The notes under the pieces are model-generated. The model was not told the DNA's origin. It worked only from the letters and a program-made list of their open reading frames with translations, and did no database searches. From the IMG/VR virus record IMGVR_UViG_3300044835_000075, positions 32,001 to 96,000 of that record: a stretch of DNA of 64,000 nucleotides, one strand, 5' to 3'. The stretch comes from a virus. The translations under genes were made by a program, and so were the position numbers. Positions 28,201 to 35,294 of the stretch are shown here, piece by piece (position 1 is the stretch's first letter; each line of letters starts with the position of its first letter).

Positions 28201-28529
28201 TAGAGAGGTGTGCCGATCCAGAGCGAGTTGAGGGTAATCGGGGTACCCGCGTAGGCGCCGTTCTGCGCGCCGACGTTGGCGATCTTGAACCGGTAGCGGG
28301 TCGGCGTGGCGTTGATGACGTTGAGCGCGCGGGCGGTGATCTGGTTGGAACCGATCGCCAGCGGCGGCTGATTCGCGGACCCGAACGTCAGGTCGACGCG
28401 TTTGGTGACCGTGGCCACCGGCGTACCCGGCGCGCCCGGCGTACCCGGCGCGCCGGTCGCCCCCGCAGCGCCCGCCGCGCCGGTGGCGCCAGTCGGCCCC
28501 CGGAGATTGCCGCTTATCGTCCACGTCAT
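25236..28529 (-). CDS. tail spike-like protein: collagen-like repeats, SGNH hydrolase, right-handed beta-helix
   Basis: GxTGAT repeats; GAS..., NAG..G, NDL, DNTHP; DYG..GDG...IYLPAG.Y and N-rich beta-helix. Confidence 0.8.
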   Translation of the reverse strand: MTWTISGNLRGPTGATGAAGAAGATGAPGTPGAPGTPVATVTKRVDLTFGSANQPPLAIGSNQITARALNVINATPTRYRFKIANVGAQNGAYAGTPITLNSLWIGTPLYDDTAHNGKWLGNMASPVQVYSGGGALPTSGATPDLTTGWITNAGEIKELTPFVLSLGATPGAGGSGVLMSDCYGGIQYGGASAGQAGVGVPGSGYNYSGFMFDIRLEYEFQANTDDLVALVIGASGESGYTPTGDLSAAPRALNDPLDAWPSKWATRQGFHVINAGLNGSATTDWTSTTARPFARFDLATTVPDVAIIGSMASNDLNLGTSLSTIIANYATMVTNLRGLGIKRIFGCTIPPRSLTGTPETNRVAFNAFMRAVPDGLEAVFDFDLAIRNPAAPSTMLADLVSTDNTHPVREGAAVLGAVPWVGAMGLGGAVGATGATGATGATGPAGSAAVEYNATDYGIVGDGTTNNKAAFQTLVNTLGTAYAADGRPRMIYLPAGNYAVKDGGIVWKSGVGVRGAGPGTSRILLSNPVATANPTPFASYTAAFDGASTSAPLTDCVFADFEVDGSGVSLASYSTGAKAFVLQYMVRARFSNLYIHGCGATGLGCDFLQDSIIERVVANSNGRLNNGTQAGGAGIGIGIGGWGDIERTTVIDCIAKSNGTSGIFVELQNAAWTPPRGIRIIGCHVEANVRGISDWGADGLIVQGCTMINNTAAGFDVSKNGVGTTVGKGGVINGCVINGNGTDGLTIGDGISRYVVQGNQIHDNVRHGINFANPITSAAVAQEITLADNEIFANGQAGIHIGSTFTDSSIISNRIRNNGTATAQTTDLRAGLSIASPCNSPTIVGNRLWDNQTTKTQTYGIYVTSPGTIATGTVLDNNLNGNLTGALFQSASAITGGVWSHNLGPAAGTTSAGQTIVLDSTAHVQGDLRLKTSQLSGGVGVVALANATTPPTGNPTGGGVLYASGGDLLWLGTAGAARPLTAPTPGALVDAATVATDASAADVFALDATSAIGNTRILGAPTNARDGMRRTWRFRQDATGGRSFTLATGTGGFVLGSQIANTTPVTTASKVCYMTAIYDASYTGGARWCVIAFEPSV

Positions 28530-28574
28530 GCGCGGAAGACTACGGGCGGCCGGGGGCCGAGAGGGTGAGGCGCG

Positions 28575-28940
28575 CTAGCTGACCGGCGTCTTCGCCGCCT
28601 CCGTCGGCTTGTGCGGGTCGCCGTACTGCGGTGTCCGGTCGTCGACGTAGTAGTACGTCTTGCCGCCGTCGTGCGACATCGCGGCCGAGTCCCGCGTCGA
28701 CTGCCACAGCGGGGTGCTGCTCATCTCGCTTCGGTCCTGCCACTCCTCCGGATCGGCAGTCAGCGGAGTGAGCGGCCGGAATGCCAGCAGGTCAGCGAGC
28801 TGTTCGGTGGCGACCATCATGGATCCGCCGGAGTGCCCGAAGGAGGTGAGCGCGGCGATGGCCGCGACCAGTGAGGCCGAGTAGGCCGGGTCCTCGCCGA
28901 GCAGTTCGAGTTCGCGGCGGGCGTGGTCAACGAGGCTCAC
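28575..28940 (-). CDS. conserved phage hypothetical protein (GHSGGS family)
   Basis: HARREL...GHSGGS...PLTPLT...EW. Confidence 0.7.
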   Translation of the reverse strand: MSLVDHARRELELLGEDPAYSASLVAAIAALTSFGHSGGSMMVATEQLADLLAFRPLTPLTADPEEWQDRSEMSSTPLWQSTRDSAAMSHDGGKTYYYVDDRTPQYGDPHKPTEAAKTPVS

Positions 28941-29164
28941 GGGGTGTCGCCTTTCAGGGTCGGGAAGTCCTCGCACTGGTGTGCCTGGAACGCTTCTTCG
29001 AGGGCCGCGAGGGCGCGGTCCTGTTCGGTGTCCCCTTCCGCTTCGGTGAGCTGTTCGGCGTCGACAAGGTGCGTCCACGCGCAGTCTGCGCAGCGGGCGC
29101 CGGTCGAGTCCTTGTCGACGACGTAGGAGCCGTGCCGCCGGGGCTGCTTCTCGGGTTCCGTCAT
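28937..29164 (-). CDS. small Zn-binding protein
   Basis: CADC...H.C; overlap coupling. Confidence 0.55.
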   Translation of the reverse strand: MTEPEKQPRRHGSYVVDKDSTGARCADCAWTHLVDAEQLTEAEGDTEQDRALAALEEAFQAHQCEDFPTLKGDTP

Positions 29165-29346
29165 AGGCCCATCCCTTCGATGTCCTTCGCCGTGATCCGG
29201 ATGGACCACAGGCCGGTCTTGGGGTCGGCGGGCGCGGTGGTGCCGATGTTGACGCTCTCGCCGTCGTCGTTCTCGACCTCGACGAACACCGAGTCGGGAT
29301 TGTCCTCGTTCGCGCGGAAGATGATGTTGATCGCGGGCTCGGTCAC
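29161..29346 (-). CDS. small hypothetical protein
   Basis: FVEVENDDGESVNIG; overlap coupling. Confidence 0.55.
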   Translation of the reverse strand: MTEPAINIIFRANEDNPDSVFVEVENDDGESVNIGTTAPADPKTGLWSIRITAKDIEGMGL

Positions 29347-30533
29347 AGCAGCGGCTCCGCCGGTGCGGGCATCTCGGAAAGCTCCTTCATGACCCACGAC
29401 GCGCGCGTCGCGTCGGCCATGCTGTGGCGGCCCAGGCCGCACGCGGTGGCGACCGCGACGGCCTGCCGACCGGCGGCCTCCTCGAACAGAGTGAGCGCCT
29501 TGCGCGAGGCCTCGGGGTTGTTCTCGTCGACGACCCCGGCGACCAGGTCGTAGGAGTCCGAGAGGCGCGCGAGGCCCTCGTAGAACGCGGGGTCGAGCGG
29601 CGGCGGCTGGTGGCCGAACGCGGCCGGGATGTGCGTCCTCGGGGTCTTCGCGCCGACGGCCTTCAACTCCACTTCGAGCGGGTTGAGGAACATCGTGACC
29701 TCATCCATCGACGACGGGTCGATGACCTGCTCGTCGTCGAGGTTGCCGTAGCACAGGTGCAGCCAGAGGGCGGGCACCCAGAGGGTCGAGATGAACGACG
29801 CGACCTGCTTGGCCAGCAGCTTCGCCAGCGTCGGGCGCATCCAGCGCGGGACCAGGTTGAGCGCGTAGAGCACGGCGGGGCTTTCGAGGTTCCACACGAT
29901 CGGCACTTCGGCGTCGGAACCGTCCATGGGCAGCGGCACGCCGGAGTCCGTGGAGTACACCTCGTTGTCGGCGAACGCCTGCACTTTGGCGGTGTCGTTG
30001 ACGGCGGCGGTGATGAACTTCCGCAGGTGGCGCAGCGCGAGGTAGGCGCCGCGCAGGGTGCGGATCGGGTGGCGCTTGAAATCGACCTTGCCGCAGAAGA
30101 CGAACAGCGCGAGGTCGAGCGGGTTGGGCAGGCTCAGTTGCAGCGGCGGCAGGGCGCCGTCGGTGGTCTCCGACCGGAGTTCGCGGTAGGCGTTGATGAC
30201 GCCGACGAGCTTGTAGTAGCGGTCCATCGAGACGTCGAGGGCGTTGAGCTTGTGGCCTTTGGCGACGCGGTAGATGGGCATCTGGTCGTAGTTCGACGAG
30301 TCACCGGCGCGCAGGGTGCGGAAGGCGTGGCCTTCGCGGGTGTCGGCGCCGAGGTGGTCGAGGTAGTCGATGATCCACCGGGTGTCGATGTCGCATGGGA
30401 CGGAGTCGAAACTGCGGTCGTACTCGTCGGCGTACTCGTCGATGCTGATGGCCCAGGCCATGGCGGCCTTCGGTCCCTGGTCGGTGAGTTCGGCGGGCAG
30501 GCTGCCGACGTAGTGGAGTTGGCGCGGGGGCAC
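29343..30533 (-). CDS. cobalamin-independent methionine synthase-like (MetE-fold) protein
   Basis: H.VGSLP N-terminus, HLCYG, ATACGLGR; GGAAGGA RBS. Confidence 0.7.
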   Translation of the reverse strand: MPPRQLHYVGSLPAELTDQGPKAAMAWAISIDEYADEYDRSFDSVPCDIDTRWIIDYLDHLGADTREGHAFRTLRAGDSSNYDQMPIYRVAKGHKLNALDVSMDRYYKLVGVINAYRELRSETTDGALPPLQLSLPNPLDLALFVFCGKVDFKRHPIRTLRGAYLALRHLRKFITAAVNDTAKVQAFADNEVYSTDSGVPLPMDGSDAEVPIVWNLESPAVLYALNLVPRWMRPTLAKLLAKQVASFISTLWVPALWLHLCYGNLDDEQVIDPSSMDEVTMFLNPLEVELKAVGAKTPRTHIPAAFGHQPPPLDPAFYEGLARLSDSYDLVAGVVDENNPEASRKALTLFEEAAGRQAVAVATACGLGRHSMADATRASWVMKELSEMPAPAEPLL

Positions 30534-30574
30534 TGGCGTCCTTCCGGTCGTGATTCGCGAATCGCGATTCGTGG

Positions 30575-30724
30575 CTAGTTGGGGTGGCGGGGCGGCTTGC
30601 CCTTGGCCTGGTCCTGGACGTTCTCGAACCACTTTTTGGTGTTGGCGGGCGGTCCCTGGCGGGGGGCTTCCTTGCCGGTGGGCTGGACGCCCTTGGACGG
30701 CTTCGAGCTGCCTCGGTTGACCAT
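30575..30724 (-). CDS. small basic peptide
   Basis: GAGAGGA RBS. Confidence 0.45.
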   Translation of the reverse strand: MVNRGSSKPSKGVQPTGKEAPRQGPPANTKKWFENVQDQAKGKPPRHPN

Positions 30725-30973
30725 GGTGTCGGTCCTCTCGTCTCGTGTGTGCCGGTGGTGCGGAACGGGGCGGAACCGGGCCCGGGGTTGCGGCAAGAGT
30801 GGCTGACGGCTCGGGGCACCGGCGCCGTCGGTGTGCGTCCTGCACTCCGGGTCGTGTAGTTCCTGGTCGGCGCGCCGTGCCCGTTTCCTGGGGCGCGTCG
30901 GCCTGCGGGCGGGTTATCGCCGCTCGCGCCCGGTTGGTTCTCAGGGCGGCCGGGCGCCACCACGTGCGGGGGT

Positions 30974-31300
30974 CTAGCGGACGGGCAGGTGCAGGACCAG
31001 CTCCCAGGGGTCGGTCATGCGTTCGAGGTCGATGGGGGTTCCGTAGACGCGGGTGAGGTTGCAGACCTGACCGATGATCTTGATCTGGCGCTGCTCGGCG
31101 TCGGTGAAGCGGACGTCGAGGGTGGGCACGGAGATCCGGATCGAGTCGTGGCCTCCGGGGGTGATGCTGCATTTGGCCTTGATGCCGTAGTGCTTGAGGC
31201 GGCCCCGGACGTGCGCGGCGAGCTGCTTGGCGTTCATCGCGTAGCCGAGCTGGCCGTCGATGACGGCTTGGACTTCGGCGGTGGGTGTGGTGTGCAGCAT
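30974..31300 (-). CDS. hypothetical protein
   Basis: GGAGG RBS downstream of promoter. Confidence 0.65.
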   Translation of the reverse strand: MLHTTPTAEVQAVIDGQLGYAMNAKQLAAHVRGRLKHYGIKAKCSITPGGHDSIRISVPTLDVRFTDAEQRQIKIIGQVCNLTRVYGTPIDLERMTDPWELVLHLPVR

Positions 31301-31337
31301 GGGCGCGGCCTCCGGGGTGTCGGTGCGGAACATGTTT

Positions 31338-31366
31338 AGTAAACCACGTTCGGCGCGGCTAGTCAA
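31338..31366 (-). promoter_or_regulatory. Repeated promoter, class I (divergent pair)
   Basis: TTGACT-AGCC-N11-GGTT-TACT; GTTCCG at +35. Confidence 0.75.
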
Positions 31367-31382
31367 CTGGGCATCTGGGTGA

Positions 31383-31411
31383 TTGACAAGCCGCGCTCAG
31401 AGTGGTTGACT
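31383..31411 (+). promoter_or_regulatory. Repeated promoter, class I (leaderless, divergent pair)
   Basis: TTGACA-AGCC-N11-GGTT-GACT; ATG at +35. Confidence 0.75.
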
Positions 31412-31417
31412 TACATC

Positions 31418-31654
31418 ATGAACGAAACGCGCACCGCCACCCGGGCCACCGCCGAGTACCTCGGACGCAAGCTCACCGCCAAGCCCGTGAAGAACAAGAC
31501 CACCGGCGCCCGCCACTTCGAGATCCGCTGCAACGGACGCTTCTGCTGGAACGGCACCGAAACCACCGCCGACGCCGCGCTCGACATGGCCAAGAGGTAC
31601 GTCGACGAGGCCGAGCTTCGCCCCGCTGCCTACCCGGACCTCCGCGCGGCTTGA
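31418..31654 (+). CDS. hypothetical protein
   Basis: Leaderless ATG. Confidence 0.65.
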   Translation: MNETRTATRATAEYLGRKLTAKPVKNKTTGARHFEIRCNGRFCWNGTETTADAALDMAKRYVDEAELRPAAYPDLRAA

Positions 31655-31659
31655 TCACC

Positions 31660-31833
31660 ATGGCCGAGACGCGCACCGCTGAAGTCGTACGCACTGCGAT
31701 CACGACCCATGGGCCACCTGCTCCCGTCATCTACGCACCGCGCTGGCCCGCCGACCACCACCCGTGGACCATTCAGCCGGGCACCATCCGGTACGCGAAC
31801 TATGAGGTGAGGGAAACGACGCCCGCTCAGTGA
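31660..31833 (+). CDS. small hypothetical protein
   Basis: MAETRTA start; ends before terminator. Confidence 0.5.
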   Translation: MAETRTAEVVRTAITTHGPPAPVIYAPRWPADHHPWTIQPGTIRYANYEVRETTPAQ

Positions 31834-31845
31834 CCGCCACACGAC

Positions 31846-31876
31846 AACGCCCCCGCCGGATACCGGCGGGGGCGTT
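31846..31876. terminator. bidirectional terminator (shared stem family)
   Basis: AACGCCCCCGCCGG-ATA-CCGGCGGGGGCGTT. Confidence 0.7.
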
Positions 31877-31887
31877 CGACGTACGAA

Positions 31888-32036
31888 GGCCCGGAGTCTC
31901 CCCCGGGCCCGCGCTGCTCTACCAATTGAGCTACACGACCGGCTGCCGCTGGCCGCGCCCGGACTTGAACCAGGAACCACCGGCGACACTACCGGACGCG
32001 CGAAACCCGGGGCCGCCGTGGCGGGCACCCGGGCTC
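31888..32036 (-). ncRNA. circularly permuted tRNA-like RNA (YrlA/Y-RNA-like)
   Basis: T arm CCTGG-TTCAAGT-CCGGG precedes acceptor stem closed by a loop, then D arm GCTC-AATTGGTA-GAGC; no anticodon loop. Confidence 0.7.
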
Positions 32037-32118
32037 ACTTCCGCCCACGCGGGCGGCGGTCAGGTCACAGGCAGAGGAAACCGAACAGGTGGATCACCAG
32101 AAGAATCATGCCCGAAGA

Positions 32119-32379
32119 CTAGACCCCGGTGATCAATCCGGCGCGCCGGGCGTCCTGCCTCGGCGGCGTATTCGGTGACGGGCAATCCGGCGCGTGCCGG
32201 ACGACGGCCTTCAGCGTCGACAGCGGGGTGAGGTAGCGCCGCTGGTCGCCGTAGGCGGTGAACAGCTGGCCCTCGCAGTACAGGCAGAGCACAGAGCCAC
32301 CGGCCAGCGTGACACCCCAGCGCCAGACGAACGCCGGGATGTCCTCGAAGTCGGGGATGTCCGGCGGGAGCACGGTCAC
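32119..32379 (-). CDS. hypothetical protein
   Basis: GTGA overlap; CLYC...H..C. Confidence 0.5.
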   Translation of the reverse strand: MTVLPPDIPDFEDIPAFVWRWGVTLAGGSVLCLYCEGQLFTAYGDQRRYLTPLSTLKAVVRHAPDCPSPNTPPRQDARRAGLITGV

Positions 32380-32636
32380 CGCTTCGCCCTGATCGGCTTG
32401 CCGGTCTCCAGGTCGAGCCCGTAGGTGTTCAGGTCCCGCTCGATGTCCCAGGCCTCCGAGCCCCGGTCGAGCGCGATGTCGTCGTTGCCAGCGGCCACGG
32501 CGGCTGCCTCCTGGTCGAGCAGCTGCTTGCGGTAGGCGGCCATCGCGATGCCCTGCTTGCACGTCGGGCCCTCGATCTCGATCTTCTGCCGGACCCAGAT
32601 GGGTGCGGCGCCGATGAGGATCTCCAGCTTAGCCAC
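32376..32636 (-). CDS. hypothetical protein
   Basis: AGGAGG RBS. Confidence 0.6.
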   Translation of the reverse strand: MAKLEILIGAAPIWVRQKIEIEGPTCKQGIAMAAYRKQLLDQEAAAVAAGNDDIALDRGSEAWDIERDLNTYGLDLETGKPIRAKR

Positions 32637-33312
32637 GGGTACCGGCCTCCTTCTCGCGTGCGTCGGCCCGGCAGATCCGGCTGTCGAGCGCGTCGCGCCG
32701 CTTGCACAGCGCCACGAACTTGATCAGGTCGTTGTCCATCTTGGCGAACCGGCGGCGCCCGGCGCTGGCGGCGGCCTTCGAGCGCGAGTACGGCGAGAGG
32801 TTCACGACGGCGGGGTCGTACGGGCCGACGTCGGCGAACGCGTCGAGCTTGGCCTGCACTGTGGCGCGCTCTTCGCGCAGCGAGTCGGCCGAGCGGTAGA
32901 CACGCGGTGTGGTGACCCGCTTCGGGGCGGGCGTGGTCTCAGGGAGCACGACGTACTGCTCGTCGCCGTCGCGGACGAACCAGTCCAGCAGGGGCGGGAA
33001 GCGCAGCGTGATGCGGTCGGCCTGGTGGCGGGCGACGTAGGCGGCCTGGCGGGCCAGCAGGATCTCCATGTACTCCTCGCCGGTGACCGGGGCGGTCAGC
33101 TCGGCGGGCTCGTCAGCCACGGCCACGGGGGCGGGCTCGACGTCGTGCATCTCGGTGATCTCTTTGCGGACGCCGAGGATCTTGCCGGGCTTGTCCCAGC
33201 CGCCGACGCCGGTGATGACCTCGACCTCGTAGTAGCCCGAGTTGATCTCGCGGAGCACCTTGACTTCGGCGGTGAGTGTGCGTCCACAGGTGACGGTGGC
33301 GGTTCCCAGCAT
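32629..33312 (-). CDS. hypothetical protein
   Basis: GAGGAG RBS downstream of promoter. Confidence 0.7.
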   Translation of the reverse strand: MLGTATVTCGRTLTAEVKVLREINSGYYEVEVITGVGGWDKPGKILGVRKEITEMHDVEPAPVAVADEPAELTAPVTGEEYMEILLARQAAYVARHQADRITLRFPPLLDWFVRDGDEQYVVLPETTPAPKRVTTPRVYRSADSLREERATVQAKLDAFADVGPYDPAVVNLSPYSRSKAAASAGRRRFAKMDNDLIKFVALCKRRDALDSRICRADAREKEAGTRG

Positions 33313-33352
33313 GGCGGGTTCTCCTCGGGGGTCTCTCGTGCGGTACCCCTGA

Positions 33353-33382
33353 ATGATAGCCGACGCTTGAGCGGCTTGTCAA
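33353..33382 (-). promoter_or_regulatory. Repeated promoter, class II
   Basis: TTGACA-AGCC-N11-GGC-TATCAT; GTACCG at +36. Confidence 0.8.
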
Positions 33383-33443
33383 CCTCAGGTTACCAGAAAA
33401 GCCCCGCCAGGAATCTGCCCGGCAGGGCTTCAGGGGTTGCGAA

Positions 33444-33788
33444 TCAGAGGACGACGACGCGACCCTCGCGCAAGACGCAGGCGCCGACCAGCGGCGGCAA
33501 AGCGGGGAAACCGTAACGCCCGGCAGCCTCATCGAGGTCGTCCTGATCGACGTTGCCCTTGCGGGTGAGACGCATCAGGGGAAGCCGGTCGGCGTCGATG
33601 GTCATCTGCACGGTACGCAAACCGAAATCGCTGCGAAAGACGCGGATGACGCTGACACTGTCAGCAGTGTGGGCGTAGACGTTGCCGGGCGCGATGCCGT
33701 CAACGACCCAGCAGAAGGATTCGCCTTCGATACGGACGGTGTCGCCAAGGGCGATGTCGGCGCGGCGGGCGGTGGCGGTGTGAACCAT
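33444..33788 (-). CDS. hypothetical protein (paralog of 13644-13994)
   Basis: GGGAG RBS; DIALGDTV...WVVD...RKGN...GFPAL; atypical codon usage. Confidence 0.7.
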   Translation of the reverse strand: MVHTATARRADIALGDTVRIEGESFCWVVDGIAPGNVYAHTADSVSVIRVFRSDFGLRTVQMTIDADRLPLMRLTRKGNVDQDDLDEAAGRYGFPALPPLVGACVLREGRVVVL

Positions 33789-33823
33789 GCGGGGCTCCCT
33801 GGTCTCTCGTGCGGTACCCCTGA

Positions 33824-33853
33824 ATGATAGCCGACGCTTAAGCGGCTTGTCAA
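33824..33853 (-). promoter_or_regulatory. Repeated promoter, class II
   Basis: TTGACA-AGCC-N11-GGC-TATCAT; GTACCG at +36. Confidence 0.8.
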
Positions 33854-34001
33854 CCTCGAAGTAGATGCGGGGGCCGTATCCCTCGGCCGCGTCGAGATCT
33901 GGCACCAAGAGCGCCGCCACGCGGATCACTGCTGCTGGCCTCTCAACGCCCCATCACCGCTCACGCGGTCGCGTCCCGGGGTGAACGCAGGGCATCCGCC
34001 G

Positions 34002-34073
34002 TGGTCCCGGGAGGACTTGAACCTCCAGCCGTCATCGTATGAAGACGCTGCTCTACCACTGAGCTACGGGACC
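34002..34073 (-). tRNA. tRNA with CAT anticodon (Met or Ile2), no encoded CCA
   Basis: GGTCCCG/CGGGACC acceptor, GCTC-AGTGGTA-GAGC D arm, loop TTCATAC, GGAGG-TTCAAGT-CCTCC T arm. Confidence 0.85.
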
Positions 34074-34185
34074 AAAACGAGACCCAAGCGGGCCCTGTAG
34101 GGCGTCACCACCGCTCCGTCACCGGAGACAGGCAGCGCTGGGATAGTGTCGACGGCGAATTCCACACCGCTCCCGCCTGGATCTC

Positions 34186-34252
34186 GTGACAGCGAAGGAC
34201 TCGAACCTTCCCCCGGAACAGGTACGCCGGGGCCCGACCTTGGGAACTGCCT
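34186..34252 (-). ncRNA. degenerate tRNA-like element
   Basis: AGGCAGT/GCTGTCA acceptor, small D-like hairpin, CCCCGG/CCGGGG stem with 10-nt loop, GAAGG-TTCGAGT-CCTTC T arm. Confidence 0.55.
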
Positions 34253-34689
34253 CGGCACCGGCGCATCCACGCCAGTGCCCCCGGCCAGCCGCTCCAACAG
34301 CCAACCGAGTCGAACGCGGCACGACGGGCGAATCGTCACACCCCGACCCGGGCGCAGGAACACCCGAACCGGTCCAGCCGCGACGCACGCCCCTGCGGCA
34401 AGCACAGCGCGCGCCCCGACCGCCGCTGCAATTCGACGGCCGGTGTTACTTCGGTGGTCCCGCCCGCATCCACAACGAGACGGCCACTCACGAGATCACT
34501 CCCGCATCAACGAAACTGCCCTGCCCAAACCAGGCCAGTCCGCGAAGCTTCACGGTCCCCCGCGCCCGGACAGTGCCGGACGCGGGGAGTACCGCCCTGC
34601 GCCACCCCGGCAAGGGCAACGCACATCACAGCACCCGGGATTGCCGCCCCGTGCCACGGTCGCGGGTTTAGCGGCCCGCGCCGTGTCTG

Positions 34690-34813
34690 TTGTCCACCCC
34701 CGGATCGAACGGGGGCACACGGCCTCTCGGCTACCCACGGGGTGGAAAGACTCCGCGCGGTGCGGCCAGGTTCTACCCTGCCGCCGTGGCTCTACCAGCT
34801 GAGCTAGTGGACT
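34690..34813 (-). ncRNA. tRNA-like element with 59-nt insertion in place of the anticodon loop
   Basis: AGTCCAC/GTGGACA acceptor, TA-GCTC-AGCTGGTA-GAGC D arm, ACGGC/GCCGT stem, CCCCG-TTCGATC-CGGGG T arm. Confidence 0.7.
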
Positions 34814-34894
34814 ACCAGCGGACCCATCCGCCATTAGGGCCCCGCCTCGCCCGCCCAGTAGGTGCGCACCGGTCGAACGGGTTCAGCGAGAAGA

Positions 34895-35110
34895 TCAGTT
34901 GTCGATGCGCTCGTGCGAACCGTCGAGGCTGCGCGGCGCAGAGCCGACTCCCCCGCGCTTCGCCGCGAGCACCTCTTTCGCGGTGAAAAACGAGAACATG
35001 AGCGCAGCCACCAGCAGCAGCGACAGCCACGGATTGACGCCGAGCGTGATGAAGACGGCGATGAGGCCCAGCGTGACGCTGTACTGGATGAGAGAGCGAA
35101 CGTCGTTCAT
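34895..35110 (-). CDS. small membrane protein inside ncRNA cluster
   Basis: GAGAGGA RBS; MNDVRSLIQY..., two TM helices. Confidence 0.6.
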   Translation of the reverse strand: MNDVRSLIQYSVTLGLIAVFITLGVNPWLSLLLVAALMFSFFTAKEVLAAKRGGVGSAPRSLDGSHERIDN

Positions 35111-35294
35111 GCGGTTCCTCTCGAAGAGCTTTGGGTGGCCGTTGTTGCGTTGGTATCGAGCCTGCCGAAGCCGGTACAGCGGCCAAAACCGCGACAGGTA
35201 GAGCGTGCGCTTCACTCGGCTTGGCACACGCTGGGGCTTACTCCCGCCACCGTCCTCGTGAGAGTCCGGCTCGGCTTGACCGAGAGCCCCTTCC

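Larger units (their letters stand above)
33330..33857. repeat. 57-bp direct repeat pair (33330-33386, 33801-33857) flanking one gene
   Basis: Identical except one base; each copy contains a class II promoter and leader. Confidence 0.9.

Noticed and set aside
30870-30950. Hammerhead ribozyme (CTGAGA...GAAA on minus strand)
   Set aside because: The core is not CUGANGA and I could not build the three required stems
31888-32036. Two-piece (permuted) tmRNA
   Set aside because: Has a full D stem, U3.G70 rather than G3.U70, no CCA, and no tag reading frame before the terminator
34300-34320. Additional tRNA from GTTCGACT, and CCGTTCGACCGG near 34875
   Set aside because: T stems are imperfect and no matching acceptor stem was found
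34064-34986. ORFs across the ncRNA cluster (for example 34146-34802)
   Set aside because: No RBS, non-protein-like composition, and they overlap tRNA-like folds
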